From: Epiperipatus broadwayi | Taxonomy: Eukaryota > Animalia > Onychophora | Direction of reading: 5' to 3' | DNA length: 64,000 bases | Assembly (NCBI GenBank): GCA_028023455.1 | Contig: JAQFVV010000009.1 | Location: 310,001 to 374,000, forward strand | Notes under the pieces: model-generated | Seen by the model: the letters and a program-made list of their open reading frames with translations, nothing else | Databases searched by the model: none | What the model was told of the DNA's origin: nothing | Position numbers and translations under genes: made by a program | Part shown: piece by piece, positions 12,775-26,000 of the stretch | Position numbering within the stretch: position 1 is the first letter of the stretch | Layout of the letters: each line of letters starts with the position of its first letter

Positions 12775-14409
12775 TAAATATAGTTTTAGAATTATTAGTA
12801 AAAACATAACAACATTCAAGAGTCAATAATGCATTATAAAAATACAATTAATTAACATGACAAACATTGTTATTACTTTGAAAGGATAAACATTATAATT
12901 TAATAATAGGGGAAGACATTTAAAAACAAAAAATTGTGTAATGACATTTTAGGACATTTTCCACCATTCTCAAAAGATAAAAAAAAAAAATTAATAGAAC
13001 TTTAAATTAATAACTTTTAATATTCATATAAGAATAAGCTATTGTATTCCTTAATTAATTAAGCTTGACATTATTTTTAAATAAGTACAAATCGACATTT
13101 ACTTTAAAAAGTAACAAAATTCAAGAATTCATTAATGTTTTTATTTTATGACTTGAAAATTAAAGGTATATAAATTCTTCAGTTATAATCTTATCTTTAT
13201 TGCATTAACAATTTTTAAAAAATATTAAAAGTTCTTAACAAATTTTCAAATTATATTTTATAGCCATTTAATATTAAGATTTTTTGGTACATTATTTATG
13301 GTGCAGCAATAGAATCATCAACTTCATCTACAACTTGGATTTGAATTCAGGCTAGTTAAAACTTGAAAATTCTATTCAAGATTTAATTAGGCTTAGGATT
13401 TTTGTTCATGTCCATATCCAAGCCAGCTGATCATTTAATTTTAAAAAATACTCAAACCCTCATCATATAATAATTGACAAGTTTAATAAGTAATGCCTTC
13501 TCCTTCACTGTTTCACTATGAATGAATTATTTAAAGGTGGTTTACTTTACTTATATTTCTTTAATTTTAAAAATAGAAATTGTTTTTTTTTTCTTAAATC
13601 ATGAAAGGTTGCATTTGTCATATTACAAATCAGAATTTAAAAACTATTGATTTAATACCAGATCTAGATATTACTGAATAGATCCATTCCTTTGCACATT
13701 TCATCAAGTAAAGAAAATAAAATAAAAAAAATTTTTTTTTTTGTTTTTTTTTTTTTGGATTAATGATATTAGGTAGTTAGCCTGTGTGCAGTATTGAAAA
13801 AAAGATTAAATGAACATGAACTGTTATATAAGCATGTGAAAAGTAAAAATAATAGTGATTTAATGATTGCTTCAGTTTTCTTGGATCATGAAAGGGCATG
13901 TACATATAAATTTAAGTTTGATATTGACAGTGTTCTAAAATCACTAGTGTATTCTTAAAAATAACTGCAAGAATAAAGCCAATTTTATGTAAACAATGTT
14001 TAATGTGGTTTAGTTATGGATTCAAGCGTAAAAGCTCCTAGATCAAATCTTAGTTTTGTAAAATAAAATAAAAAAATCTCATTTTGATTAAGTGATTGAA
14101 ATTGTTGTGCTTAACCAGCTATTTGGGTACTTCAATGTCACATTAGTCCTTTTCTGCTGGCAACTAATCATCACTTATATATATTATATTTCTTCTATTT
14201 AATGGCATTCTGAAAACTGCATGAGCCTATACATAAATAATAAAAATTAATATATTGTCCTTAATATAATTTAAAGTCTAAATCTGGACTAGAAATAATA
14301 AAAGATTATTAATAATCATTAATTCATATTATAATAAACACTGAGTTAGTGATGTAAGTGTAACACTTGTAAAATGAATTGTGATTGTATATAATAGATA
14401 ATATTAATT

Positions 14410-15379
14410 TTAAAGAATATTTATAAAAATGCAACAACAACAATTAGATTACATAATGATACTGGGAAAGTCAACATTGAGAAGGGTGTACGACAGGGTG
14501 ACTCCATATTTCCAAAACTTTTTACAGCAATGCTGCAAGAAGTATTTTGTGGATTAAAATGGGAAGCTAAAGGAGTGAATGTAAATGGAGATTATTTAAG
14601 TCATTTAGATTTTGCAGATGATGTAGTTGTTTTTGCAAATAATGCTTTAGAGCTGCAGGAAATGTTGCAAGAGTTTTCAGATGAAAGTAGGGCTAAAAAT
14701 AAATGTTAAAAAGACTAAAGTAATGTTTAATGGATTTTCTCAAAATATAAAAATAAAGATCGATTATGATGAGTTAGAAGAAGTTAACAGTTACAAATAC
14801 CTTGGTCAGATTATTAATACAGATGGAAATATAATGGATGAAATTAATCATAGAATTAAACTTGGTTGGAGTGCTTTTGGTAGAAATAACTTGATACTAA
14901 AAGGAAATATGCCTATGTGTTTGAAAAGGAAGGTTTTTAATAAATATGTTTTACCAGTTCTTACTTATGGATCTGAGACTTGAACACTTAATAGAAGAGC
15001 ATTACAAAGACTTCAGACCACTCAAAGAAGTATGGAAAGATGCATGTTGAGAGTAACAAGAAGAGATCGAAAACGCAATATATGGGTAAGAGAACAAACA
15101 GGTGCTACTGACCTCATTGAAAAAATTAAAAAGATTGAAGTGGAGTTGGGCTGGACATATTGCTAGAAGAGATGATAATAGATGGACAATTGAAATCTTA
15201 AACTGGATTTCAAGAGATTGTAAAAGACCCAGAAAGAAACTACACGTGAGATGGATGGATGAAATAAGAAAGTGTGCAGGAGTGATGTAGAGAAGAGAAG
15301 CTAAAGATTGGAAAAAGATGGATTGAACTTGGAGAGATCTTCATTCTGCAGTGGATTGATAATGGTTGATGATGATGAT
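14410..15379 (+). mobile_element. 5'-truncated RTE-clade LINE (RT C-terminal half with GAT-repeat tail)
   Basis: KGVRQGDSIFPKLF, SHLDFADDVVVF (FADD at 14611-14622), YKYLGQ, VLPVLTYGSET*, KWSWAGHIARRDDNRW. Ends in gatgatgatgatt. Frameshifts and stops present. Confidence 0.93.
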
Positions 15380-15686
15380 TAAACAATGATGAGGACATTT
15401 AAAAAAATGTTGTTTAGTGCCTCAATTGATAAGACAAATTTAACAAAAATGCAATTTAGGGGAGGTAAAATTTGCCCTTTTCTTTTGACATCTTTAATCA
15501 ATTAAGTAACAATTTACAAATACAGTAATTACAAATAATATTTTACTATCACATTCAAAAAATTAAGATTAAATATATAATTATTAAACAATTACAAAGG
15601 GATTGTAATAGATAATATAATGACAATCAGCAGCATTACATATAAATACATTTAAGGTTTATAGAAGCACAGTATACTATTAGTTA

Positions 15687-15967
15687 CACAGGCAAATCTC
15701 TCCATACAATAGTGCCATCCTGTGCCAACCAGAGTAATCGATGGATGCCAGAAGGCTTGTGCATAAAATCCCTATCTAGTGCCTACTCATCCTAGTCTGG
15801 GATATTGAATGAGTAGGCACTAGATGGGGATTTTATACACAACCATTCTGGCATCCATTGATTACTCTGGTTGGCACAGGGTGGCACTTCTGTATGGAGA
15901 GTTTTGCCTGTTTAATAACAGTTATGTGCTAGCATAAGAAATGGTGATCGTGTGATATTTAGTGGTT
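15687..15967. mobile_element. Hammerhead/PLE-type family 1 fold-back insertion
   Basis: Two arms of about 105 bp meet near 15792, where the sense arm starts at CTAGTC. 3' tail present. TSD tatactattagtta (15673-15686 and 15968-15981). Confidence 0.9.
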
Positions 15968-16517
15968 TATACTATTAGTTAACATAAATAATTGGGTCTA
16001 GTCTATTTAAATAGGCTTAAAGCTTTTAGAACTGGAAAAATAAGAATTCTTATATAGTATCAAGTGGATGATCAAATTAGGCTGGCAAAGAGTAGCAAAC
16101 ATATATTAACATTTTTTGTATAAGGATTTGAATGAGTAATAATTTGATAATCAAACTAATAAATATCCAAGTTTTTGTAAATTGTTAACTATTAGTAGCT
16201 CTATAGATATAGAATAATATAAGGTAAACATCATTAATAGAATAGAGGATCTAGCACTCTAAAAAATGTCAGCACCAAACATTATCAAATGCTATTTGAC
16301 TGGAGGTCTTTTGAAACTTTTTAAATTGTTTTATAAGTCATATATATTATTTAAGATCTATTTGCATGAGCCTGTTTAGATTCATTAAAGATCTAATAAT
16401 ATAATATCATATTCTTCTTTTCACTATACATCTTCTTTATGCATTGATATAATTATAAAATAACTAAAATCCATCTTCCTTTTATCACTGTAATAATGCT
16501 TATTTTATACTTAATTA

Positions 16518-16557
16518 ATCTGACAGTTTTGACTTACCAGCAGTCTTCTTCAGAGCT
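16518..16557 (-). ncRNA. Degenerate minimal type I hammerhead ribozyme (family 2)
   Basis: CTGAAGA-A-GAC-TGCTGGTAA-GTC-AAAA-C-T-GTC-AGAT. G12 has changed to A. Confidence 0.6.
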
Positions 16558-17684
16558 AATATATATATAAATGAATACATAAAATAATTATCTTATAAAT
16601 AATACAAATAAATATTACATCCTATTATAAATTGAATCATTTTTATATTCTATCATACACACACATATATATCCTCAAAGTCTATATTACATTTGTATCA
16701 TAATAAAGTCAAAGGTAAAAAGTCTACTATTTTATAAAATATTTTTTATTATATTAATATTATCAAAATCATAATCTTTTAATATTTATTTATTAATTTT
16801 CTACTATTAAACATTCTTAACTAATTTTATAAATTATTTTTATTATAAAATGATTTTTATAAATATTGTTTGAATTTTTGTTTAACTAATAGTAATCACC
16901 TACCTCTTTCTTATTCAACTTCTTAACTCCACAATTTCAAATTTTAAATAGTTTCTTTTTTATTGTAAAGTATTGCCCTCTTTTTATCTTTATCATTTAT
17001 TTTACATTTTTCATCATTTTATTGACTGAAATTACCTTAATCCTATTTACATTAAGATAGTTTTTGAACCCAAAACTTTATTTAATATGTTTAATATTAT
17101 TTATAAGAATAGCTTCTTTAATTTTTCTTTCTCTTTTGTAATTTGAGTATTGAATGCAAATATGTACATTGTGCTAATATTCTGTACATTGAATTTTTTG
17201 TTTCTCCACATAATTATTTTTTAAATGATTAATTTACCATTTTTTTGCATTTAATTTTATACACTCCATTTATATCATTATCTGGATTTTTATTATATTT
17301 TTTAATATACATGTTTTCTAGTTTCCTTTTTTTTCTTGATTTTATTTATATTTTTAACTATATTATTTTCATAAGTTTTAATACCTATATAATTAATTTT
17401 ATTAAAAATTTTATCTCTACTATTATCATTGTAAATAAATGTATTTTGTATATCAACATTACGTTTTTGTTATAAATTTAAAATACATAAATATAATTGA
17501 AAGTTTCTCTTTTATTAACTTTTTAAAAGTATTATCTTTCTTATCTTCTTTTCATTTTCTTTGCATCTTTCATTATATATTCATACATATTCAACTTTTC
17601 TATATATTCTCTCATATACACTTCAATGCAATTTTTATATAATTCCTTCTTTATTTTCCTTACAGTTTCTAATGTAATATTGTA

Positions 17685-17722
17685 GCTCTGATGAAGAATG
17701 CAGAACAGTTGAAATTGTAAGA
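17685..17722 (+). ncRNA. Degenerate hammerhead motif at the PLE inversion centre (family 2)
   Basis: CTGATGA-A-GAA-TGCAGAACA-GTT-GAAA-T-T-GTA-AGA. Core boxes intact, stems eroded. Confidence 0.5.
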
Positions 17723-18772
17723 AAAATAAAGGAGGAATTATATAAAAATTGCATTGAAGTGTATATGAGGAGAGTATATAGAAAAGTTTTATAGAAAAGT
17801 TTTATTAACTTTACTTGTCTATTATTTGCAATGATAATAACAAAGATAAAAATTTTAATAATAATAAAAATAACAAAAAATTAAATTTACAAAAGATTAA
17901 CACAGCATACATATGATTAAGACTCACCAGTTTATTTACATTCAATAAATGGGACATGAATTTGAAATGGTTAATACTAAAATGCTTCAATACACAAATA
18001 ACAAAAAAAAAAGAAAAATCGAAGAAGCTATCTGATTAAATAATATTAAATCTACATTAAATAATTTTGTTTTAAAAACTGTCTTAATATAATAGAATTG
18101 AGATAATTTCAAACAATAACAATATAAGAAATGTAAAATAAGTTATAAAAAAATATAAAAGAGAGAGCTGCTACACAACAAAAAAGAAGCTATTTAAAAT
18201 TTAAATTTGTGGCAGTTAAGGAGATGAATAGAAAGATATTAATATTAGTTAGACAAGAATTCAAAAGATATTTATAAAAACATTTTATAATAAAAATAAT
18301 TTATAAGATTAGTTACTTTATAAATTTGTATATTATATTTAGATTAATAATAGAAAATTTATAAATACATAAAAAAATTATAAGTTTTTTTAAAGTTAGC
18401 TCTATTTTTTATAATTTTGATAATGTTAATTAATATAAATGTTTTGGTTTTTTTTTTATAAAATAATAACAACATATTGCCTTTGACTTTATTATGATAC
18501 AAATGTAATACAGACTCTGAGGGTATGTATTTAATATATATATATATTAAAATAAAGATTTTCACAAGCTACAGATATAAATGAAATATTATCTAGGTAT
18601 ATTCGTATATATATTTTCATTACAATAAATTATACACAGATATACCCAGACAATATTTCTTTTACATATAAATATAAAAAAGAGTCAATTTTTAATGAGA
18701 TAATGTTTGGTTCATACTGTTTATATGATAAATAATTTTAAGTATTCATATATACTTATTTATATATAATTT

Positions 18773-18812
18773 ATCTCTGAAAAAGATTGCTGATCAATCA
18801 AAACTGTCAGAT
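18773..18812 (+). ncRNA. Degenerate minimal hammerhead ribozyme (family 2)
   Basis: ATCT-CTGAAAA-A-GAT-TGCTGATCA-ATC-AAAA-C-T-GTC-AGAT. Stems I and II pair, G8 and G12 mutated. Confidence 0.5.
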
Positions 18813-19493
18813 TGATAAAATAAAATAAGCATTGTCATAATAATAAAAGAAAGATTGATTTATTTGATTAATCTAAAGATAGGAAGTCAAGAGAATTTAC
18901 TCTAAGTTAGCAGAGAGGGTTTTGTTGACTATAGAGCAACAGAAAAAAAATCAAAAGCAAGAATAATTCTGTTAATTCTATTTAGTAGTCAAGCAATATT
19001 TCTATCGATTGAGTATCTTGATAGTGAGAATTTGTGCTACAAATTACAATAGTGCTTGTTATAAAAAAATCTTCATAATCTGCCCAAATATAGGTAGTTT
19101 GTTAATGATCCTCTTTAATACAAATGAGGATTGAAAGGTTTTTTATTAAGAGAATATATTAGAGTGGCAGTGATTAGGAAGACAAATAATTTTCTTATAA
19201 AAATGTACTGTAGGAAATGAAAATTTTTTAATAATTAATAAGTCCATATGTTAAGTGGATTAATCAGGGAGTAAGAAAAAGATCTTACAATGCAATTTGT
19301 AACTTGGAAGAAAAGTAATGTTTTTAAAGAATACATGGTAATTTGTGAATAAATATGCTAAGTGGATTGATTAGGAAAAACATGAAGATATGTTGAGCAA
19401 TTATCTGGATATTAACATTAATGATTAAAATAGTTTTGAATGCTAATTGGGTCAGAGAAAACATGGAGGGCAAAGAGCATGATGCATATAGGG

Positions 19494-19895
19494 CAGGGGT
19501 CCCCAACCCTATGCCCGCGGGCACTATGGCGCCCGCAGACCATTTTACATGTGCCCGCCGCTATCTGAACACGATAAAAAATTATTTATCTGATACAAAT
19601 AAATTTAATTTTTAAAATTTCTTATAAATTATTGTATTTTATATTGTAATCAAATTGTAGGGCATATTATACTTTTACAGCGTAAAAATATAAATGTTAA
19701 TTGTATGTTAAAATTTTATTTTTGAAATAAATATTTTTTTGTACATTACGTGTATTATTAACAATATCCGACTATAAATTTATATTGAAAAAAATAAATG
19801 GTGCTCACCATCTGGTTGAAAAAAATAAATGGTGCCCGCCACCTGGCCGATATTATAGAATGTGCTCTTAAGTGCAAAAAGGTTGGGGACCCCTG
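19494..19895. mobile_element. Non-autonomous hAT-superfamily MITE (402 bp)
   Basis: Perfect 15-bp TIR CAGGGGTCCCCAACC and 8-bp TSD ATATAGGG (19486-19493 and 19896-19903), the length typical of hAT. Confidence 0.95.
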
Positions 19896-21102
19896 ATATA
19901 GGGAAAAGCAAACTGATTGCAAACTTCAATCTAAAAATTAGATTTCTTCACCATGATTTGGGAAAATATTTATATATATCCTTATAAAAAATGGATGTTG
20001 ATTTGGCACTCATAATACAAGACTATTATTTCTCTTATTCATTATGTAAATAATCTGTTCATTTGAAGTGTGTACATTATGGTACTCTTTTGCAATACAG
20101 TTATTTACTTTATCAATATAACGGTTCTTGAAAAAACCAACTTCATATATACTGAAAATGAGTTTAGTTTCTTGTTTAACTTTGCTGAGCATGATTAACA
20201 GGAAAATTGGTTCCAGATATTTTTAAATGGCTGAATGAATTTTATATACTCAATTAGTAGGGAAGATTGTTGATCTTTGTTAGTTCCAAAATGTTTTAAA
20301 ATGGCAGAGTGAACTTTATTTTGAAACAATATACATGACTGCATGATTGATTCTAGTTTTAAAAATAAACCCATCATCTGATATCAAGTTATAACTCTGA
20401 GACCATGAAACAATGGCAAAATGAGAAAGTTCAGAGATTTTGAATGACTTATTAAAAGATCAAATGAAATGATGATTCTTTATGAAAAAATATCTTCCTC
20501 CAGTCTTTCAAAAACATTGGGCATTGCTTGTTTAACAGTGCTATAAATGGTTTAATAGTGGTGTGGACAGTTATAATATTTAATTTAAATGTTACTTTTG
20601 CATGTAAATGCATATCATAATGTCACCACATATTTGAAAAATATTCATTCTATCTTAGATAAACTGAAAGTATAATGAGTGTTTATTGTGAAAATCCTTT
20701 TTATATTATCAATGGTTAACTAAAGTTCTATTCAAATTCACTTAATTTCATTTTACATCTGATGAGGCCATATTATTGGACTTTTCTAATTCAGAGTATT
20801 TTTTTCTATACATATTTCTAATGAAATGTAAAAAGCAGACAGCAAATGTATTATAGAAACAAAGTGATATTTTCTTAGAAAGGAATGAGAAAATGTAATG
20901 CACAGTATAATCAGTAGAAAACTTGGATAAGGGAAAATTTTAAGAGCAAATATTGAAATCCTCTATCACAATGTAGAATCTTATTTAGAAATTTGGTGAG
21001 ATTTGAGGTAATCCAGATAATAACAGTGTCTTTGATTTTTTTCATTAGAGAAGATCATGAATATGTACAATTTTACATGTTGAAGTGAAAAGAAGGGATA
21101 AA

Positions 21103-21439
21103 CAGGCAAAACTCTCTATACATATTGCCACTCAATGCAAGCCAGAGTAATCAATGGATGCCAGAAGGCTTGTGCATAAAATCCCTATCCGGTGTCTACT
21201 CATCCAATATCCCCAGACGAGTTTCTGGCTTGTGGCCTTCGTCAATGAGGAGCCTTAGATCTTAGAGCACTGTACCTAGATCTTAAGCACTAGATGGGGA
21301 TTTTATGCATAAACCTTCTGGCATCCATTGATTACTCTGGCTTGCACTGAGTGACAATACGTATAGAAAGTTTTGCCTGTTTTAATAACAGTTATAAGCA
21401 AGCATAAGAAATAGTGATCATAATGATGTTTATTGGCTT
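21103..21439. mobile_element. Hammerhead/PLE-type family 1 fold-back insertion
   Basis: Antisense arm including the whole ribozyme, sense arm from about 21287, and tail. TSD aaaagaagggataaa (21088-21102 and 21440-21454). Confidence 0.92.
21210..21251 (-). ncRNA. Type I hammerhead motif, family 1 (C3 changed to U)
   Basis: TCCTCA-TTGACGA-AGGCCACAAGCCA-GAAA-CTC-GTC-TGGGGA. Confidence 0.65.
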
Positions 21440-23085
21440 AAAAGAAGGGATAAAAATGATTTTAAAATTAAAAAGGAAATCTATATCTTAGCAGTCTATT
21501 TGAGAGATTGATGTTCATGATAAGCTTAGTTAAAAAGAGACCTAACAAGAAAAATAGATTTTTCCTGCAGTATTTATTAAATTTGAAGAAATCCTTTGTC
21601 AATGACACTTAGTAATTATAAATTATCCATGCCTATTAACTGATGCTAAAAACCAAAAACTATTCTTGATTTTCTGTTTCTTCTCTTTCAGTGTTTAGTG
21701 ATTTTAGCAATATTATCTAGTGCTATATGGTAATAAATTGTTAGGTGCATGGAATCTTAATGTGACTGTGCAGTTTCTTCATTCATGTCTAAGTGATTAA
21801 ATATTAAAAACTATTCATCAATTTCTTATTGGTTTGCTGTCAGGGATAGCTTTAATAATAGAGGTAATGGAATTTAATAATAATTGCAACCATTCTTAAT
21901 TCATCAGAAGACATATTGTTTGTGGGTTAGCAATTTAGTATACTTTCAATATGTTAACTTCATACTCATATTTATCAATATTATAACAAATCCACTATTA
22001 AAACCATTTAATTAAGACTTATTATTTATTTGAATGTTACTGGTTCTCTGATTCATTACATGTCATTTTGTGCAATAAACCATATTTCTTTCTATCATTT
22101 CTTTTTTTTTGCGAACTATTTCAACAATACCTAGATCAAATCCATGTCCAAATTATTTTTCATGATTATAAAATAGATCATACTTTTGTAAAGTTAATTT
22201 TAACTTTTCTGTACATTCTTATCAATTAGTAATTATTGAATAAGAGTATTAATAAATACAAACAAAAATTTATTCATGATATATTACCATGGGTTGATAA
22301 TAATATTATTACTGTATTTAGAAGAAGTATATATGAAATGGAAAAACTTGGCTTATGGTATTATCAATGTATAGTTTAGCATTATCAGACAAAGAGAATA
22401 ATAAATCGTTCCCATATTAAATCATATAAAACTGTGTGTATTTATGTTATGTGAATGATGTCTTCGTATCTAGTCTTTATTATCTGAACCACCAAATATT
22501 ATTGATAATATGTTTAAAAAATTAAATAAAAAATCAAAATTAAATTGGACTAAAGACTTCAAAAAAAAAAAAAAAGAAAAGAAAGAAATTTTTTATTTAG
22601 ATCTAAAAATAAAGTGGAGCAACAATTCACTGAATTATAAATGACAGTAAAACTATTTCATATTAGGGGATATATTAATGTGAAGCATGCTCAAGTCACA
22701 AAAATATGCAGGCCTGAGAGAATTTTTGCATTGAAACAATTATTTATATATACATTAATATATAGAGTATTTTAAAATAAATAATATGCACAAAAAAAAA
22801 TATTTAAAAACAACAAAAAATGGATGTCATTATCCATATGTATAGAGTATTGAAAATAAAATTAATGCGATATGCACATAATAATTTGCTGTTAGTTTGT
22901 ATGGATCAATCTTAATGTTAAATAAACCATGGAATGTAGTCAATTGAACTATCCATATTTATTTTTGCTATGGGAAAACTAATGCAAACATATGAATAAA
23001 AATGGCACAGCATTTGCATATGTAAAGAAAAATTAAAATTATCATTATAAAAACATCAATATTTTATAATCACAAAAAAGAAAGT

Positions 23086-26000
23086 GATACTCTATACAGG
23101 AGCAATATTAACATTAGTCAGCTATATTGGCATTATTATTTATTTAAAAATAAATACACAAATCAAAACTTAAAACTTAAGAGTTTATTTACTCTCTCTA
23201 TAAATATGTATAATAGATTAGTATATGTGTCAGTATTTCATAAACCTGCTGGCTGGTTGTTTAACACTAATATGCCTGTTGATAAAATTGAGAATTTTCT
23301 TGTATTCTCTGATCACGGTATTAATTGATACACTTTACTGCACTAATCTCTACATGCACAGTTCTTCACTTAGTGGAGACTGGTACACTGCTGCATCATT
23401 GTACTGGAAAATGCCATATTACTATACTCAATATATGTAATATATAGGATATATGAGCACAAACTTTCACATGATCCACCACTCTCCACACTATCTCACT
23501 TTACTACAACAACAATACATGCAGCTGGTTTCACAGTTTTTTTTGCCATCATTTAATTTGCTTAATTAGTTCCATTTGCATACTTTTCATTTAGATATCT
23601 TTAATGTTCTCTATGTCATAAATTTTCTAGAGTGAATTTACTAATTTATGACCAAATTGTATAAGCATATATATATGTGCATACCTTTTACTCAGACAAA
23701 ACACAATCTCTCCTCACTTTAAAAAATAGCACAAAGTTCACTTGCAAACACATTCCTTTAATTTTTCCAGTCTTTGTAGCTCTCTAGATTTTCTAGGTAG
23801 AAGTATTGGTCCCTGTTCATTAATCAGTTGATTACTTTCTAAGTCCACAGATATTTCCAGAGAATTTGATCTTGACAAGACTTCTTCCCTGGGTATCTCT
23901 TCTCGAGTATCAGATGATGCATGTTTTATTATCTTACACTATCTTTTAAAATGTTGACTGTAGGAGAAAATCATTTTTCCATTTATTTGATTAAGTGACT
24001 CACTCAAATAGCTTCTCATATAATCAATGTGTCTTCTGGCTTCTTTATCATTGCTAACTTTATTGCATGTAATTGTTTAGACAACAATTTAATTACAATT
24101 CCTGATTGACACTTCATTCTTAACATATCACATACCCAAGCTATATCTCTTATTTTAAATTTGATATTTTCTAAATGTATCTCCTTGTTATTCTTCTTAT
24201 TTGGGAGCAATATAGAAATATGTGTTCTACACTGCTGTTTCATTAATATTTCTGCAGGTATCTTTCTAGTAAGTGTACATGGTGTGAAATGCTGATACAA
24301 CATGACAGCAGTTAGAGCTTCATGAATATCTGTATAATAGAATTTTATTTAATATAAGCTTCAGTTGTTGTATAGCCTTTTCAACTAGTCTGTTTGATTC
24401 TGAGTGATATGAAGGTGTTAATATATGCCATATCCTCTTATTAGCTAAAAAGTCTTTCAATAATCAAACTATTAATTCTGGTCTATTCATATGTAACAAA
24501 CAGTTCATTCAACACCTTTACTGTGTTTTCCACATTAGTTACTTTTCACTACTTAGTATTCAGTCCACTCTGAACACATATCAATGATATCTGTGAAATG
24601 GTCTTGTGTAAAATATATATAAATTCTTCCAGAGTTTGGTAGCTCAAGGCCATGGTTCCAACTCTTTCGCAAATAGTCTCACCACTGATTGACAAGCTTG
24701 CATTTCTTTACAACTTGCTTTATCTTATGGTTCATATTAGATCATCATACATAAGATTGAGCTAATTCCTTTACTCTCACTATTACAAGATGGCCCATGT
24801 ATAATAACTCTAATATATGTTCCCTCCTCTCAAATCAATATTCAGTCAGACAGACACTTGTAAGTATTCTAAATTGGCTGAACCACATAGTTTGGTAGAG
24901 TTTTAGGCCAATCTTCCTTTATCCATTTCTTAAAAACTTGCCCACATTAAAACAACTTTCCGTATACTATCATAATGACAAGAAGTAGTTATTATAATAG
25001 ATGCTTTAGAATATGGATTCAGTGCTGTAGTTTCTTATTTAGTTTATGGAGGCAAATGCCCTATTGTGCATGTATCCAGAATATTAACAACCACTGAAAA
25101 AAATTATAACCAGCTCAATAAAAAAATTTTAACCATTGTGTTTGCAATAAAGAAGTTTCACTGATACATATATAGGCATAAATTTAAAATCTATACAGAC
25201 AATAAACCTCTATTGGGAATACTCGGAAAATCAAAAAAGGCTCTGGACCTCGCTAGTTAGTGAAAGTTATGATGAATAAAAATCCTATCTTCCTATAACT
25301 TTGAATTATTATACAAAACCTGAAAGTAAATTATACATGCTGACATTTTATAATTATATTGATTTGAACTCAGACTTTCACACAACCCTCAACTCTCCAA
25401 GCCATCTCATATTGCTGACCCACCTGATCACACACATTGCTGACCCACCTGAGTGATCAGGTGGTCAGCAATATGAGATGGCTTGGAGAGTTGAGGGTTG
25501 TGTGAAAGTCTGAGTTCAAATCACTTATATATTACATATATATTTGTATGTGCAGGTATAAGCCTGTACAGTGCGTTAATTTTTATTGATTCTATGAAAT
25601 CTGAAATCTTGAACAGTATAGTTATGGCTAAATGGACAAAAAATGTTTCCAGACATCAACTAATTAACTATCTTGAATCCTATGTCCTTACTCCCCATTC
25701 CATCTTTGTTTCTTCTTTAATAATTCATAAAATGAAGCCACAATATGAGATTTGCTCTTACGAAACTTCCCAATTTCAGTATTTCCAAAAAGTCTTGCAT
25801 ACCCCTGACATTTTTTGGGTTCGGAGCATTTTTTGCTGCTTTAACTTTTTCCAGTTTGCATACTTTCTCGTATTTGTGATATGTCCAGGAAATTTTATTT
25901 CTCTGGTAGATCATATGCACTTTTTGGTGTTAAGTCCAAATTTTTCAAGCTTTTCACATACAATATTAATATGGTTTCTGAGCTCACTCTCCATCTCGAT

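Larger units (their letters stand above)
16380..18850. mobile_element. Inverted pair of decayed Penelope-like element 3' ends (GIY-YIG remnant, hammerhead family 2)
   Basis: Minus strand NGVYKIKC (17247-17270) and KRERKIKEAILI. Plus strand MGHEFEMVNTKMLQYTNNKKKRKIEEAI*LN (from 17949). 16790-17000 is the reverse-complement homologue of 18160-18360. Inversion centre near 17670-17711. Confidence 0.7.
20000..22300 (-). pseudogene. Decayed RTE-type LINE (RT N-terminal part, possible endonuclease remnant)
   Basis: Minus ORFs resemble RT blocks (VHSAILKHFGTNKDQQSSLLIEYIKFIQ and EVGFFKNRYIDK). WTWI remnant near 22150. Interrupted by the family 1 insertion at 21103. Confidence 0.45.

Noticed and set aside
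17245-17642. F/I/L-rich plus-strand ORFs resembling membrane proteins
   Set aside because: Compositional artefacts of AT-rich DNA, antisense to the Penelope remnant. The same applies to most 60-90 aa ORFs in the track.
18880-19990. Plus-strand LINE endonuclease remnant around the hAT MITE
   Set aside because: Only faint resemblance (IVLNANWV, ANFNLKI), too weak to call.
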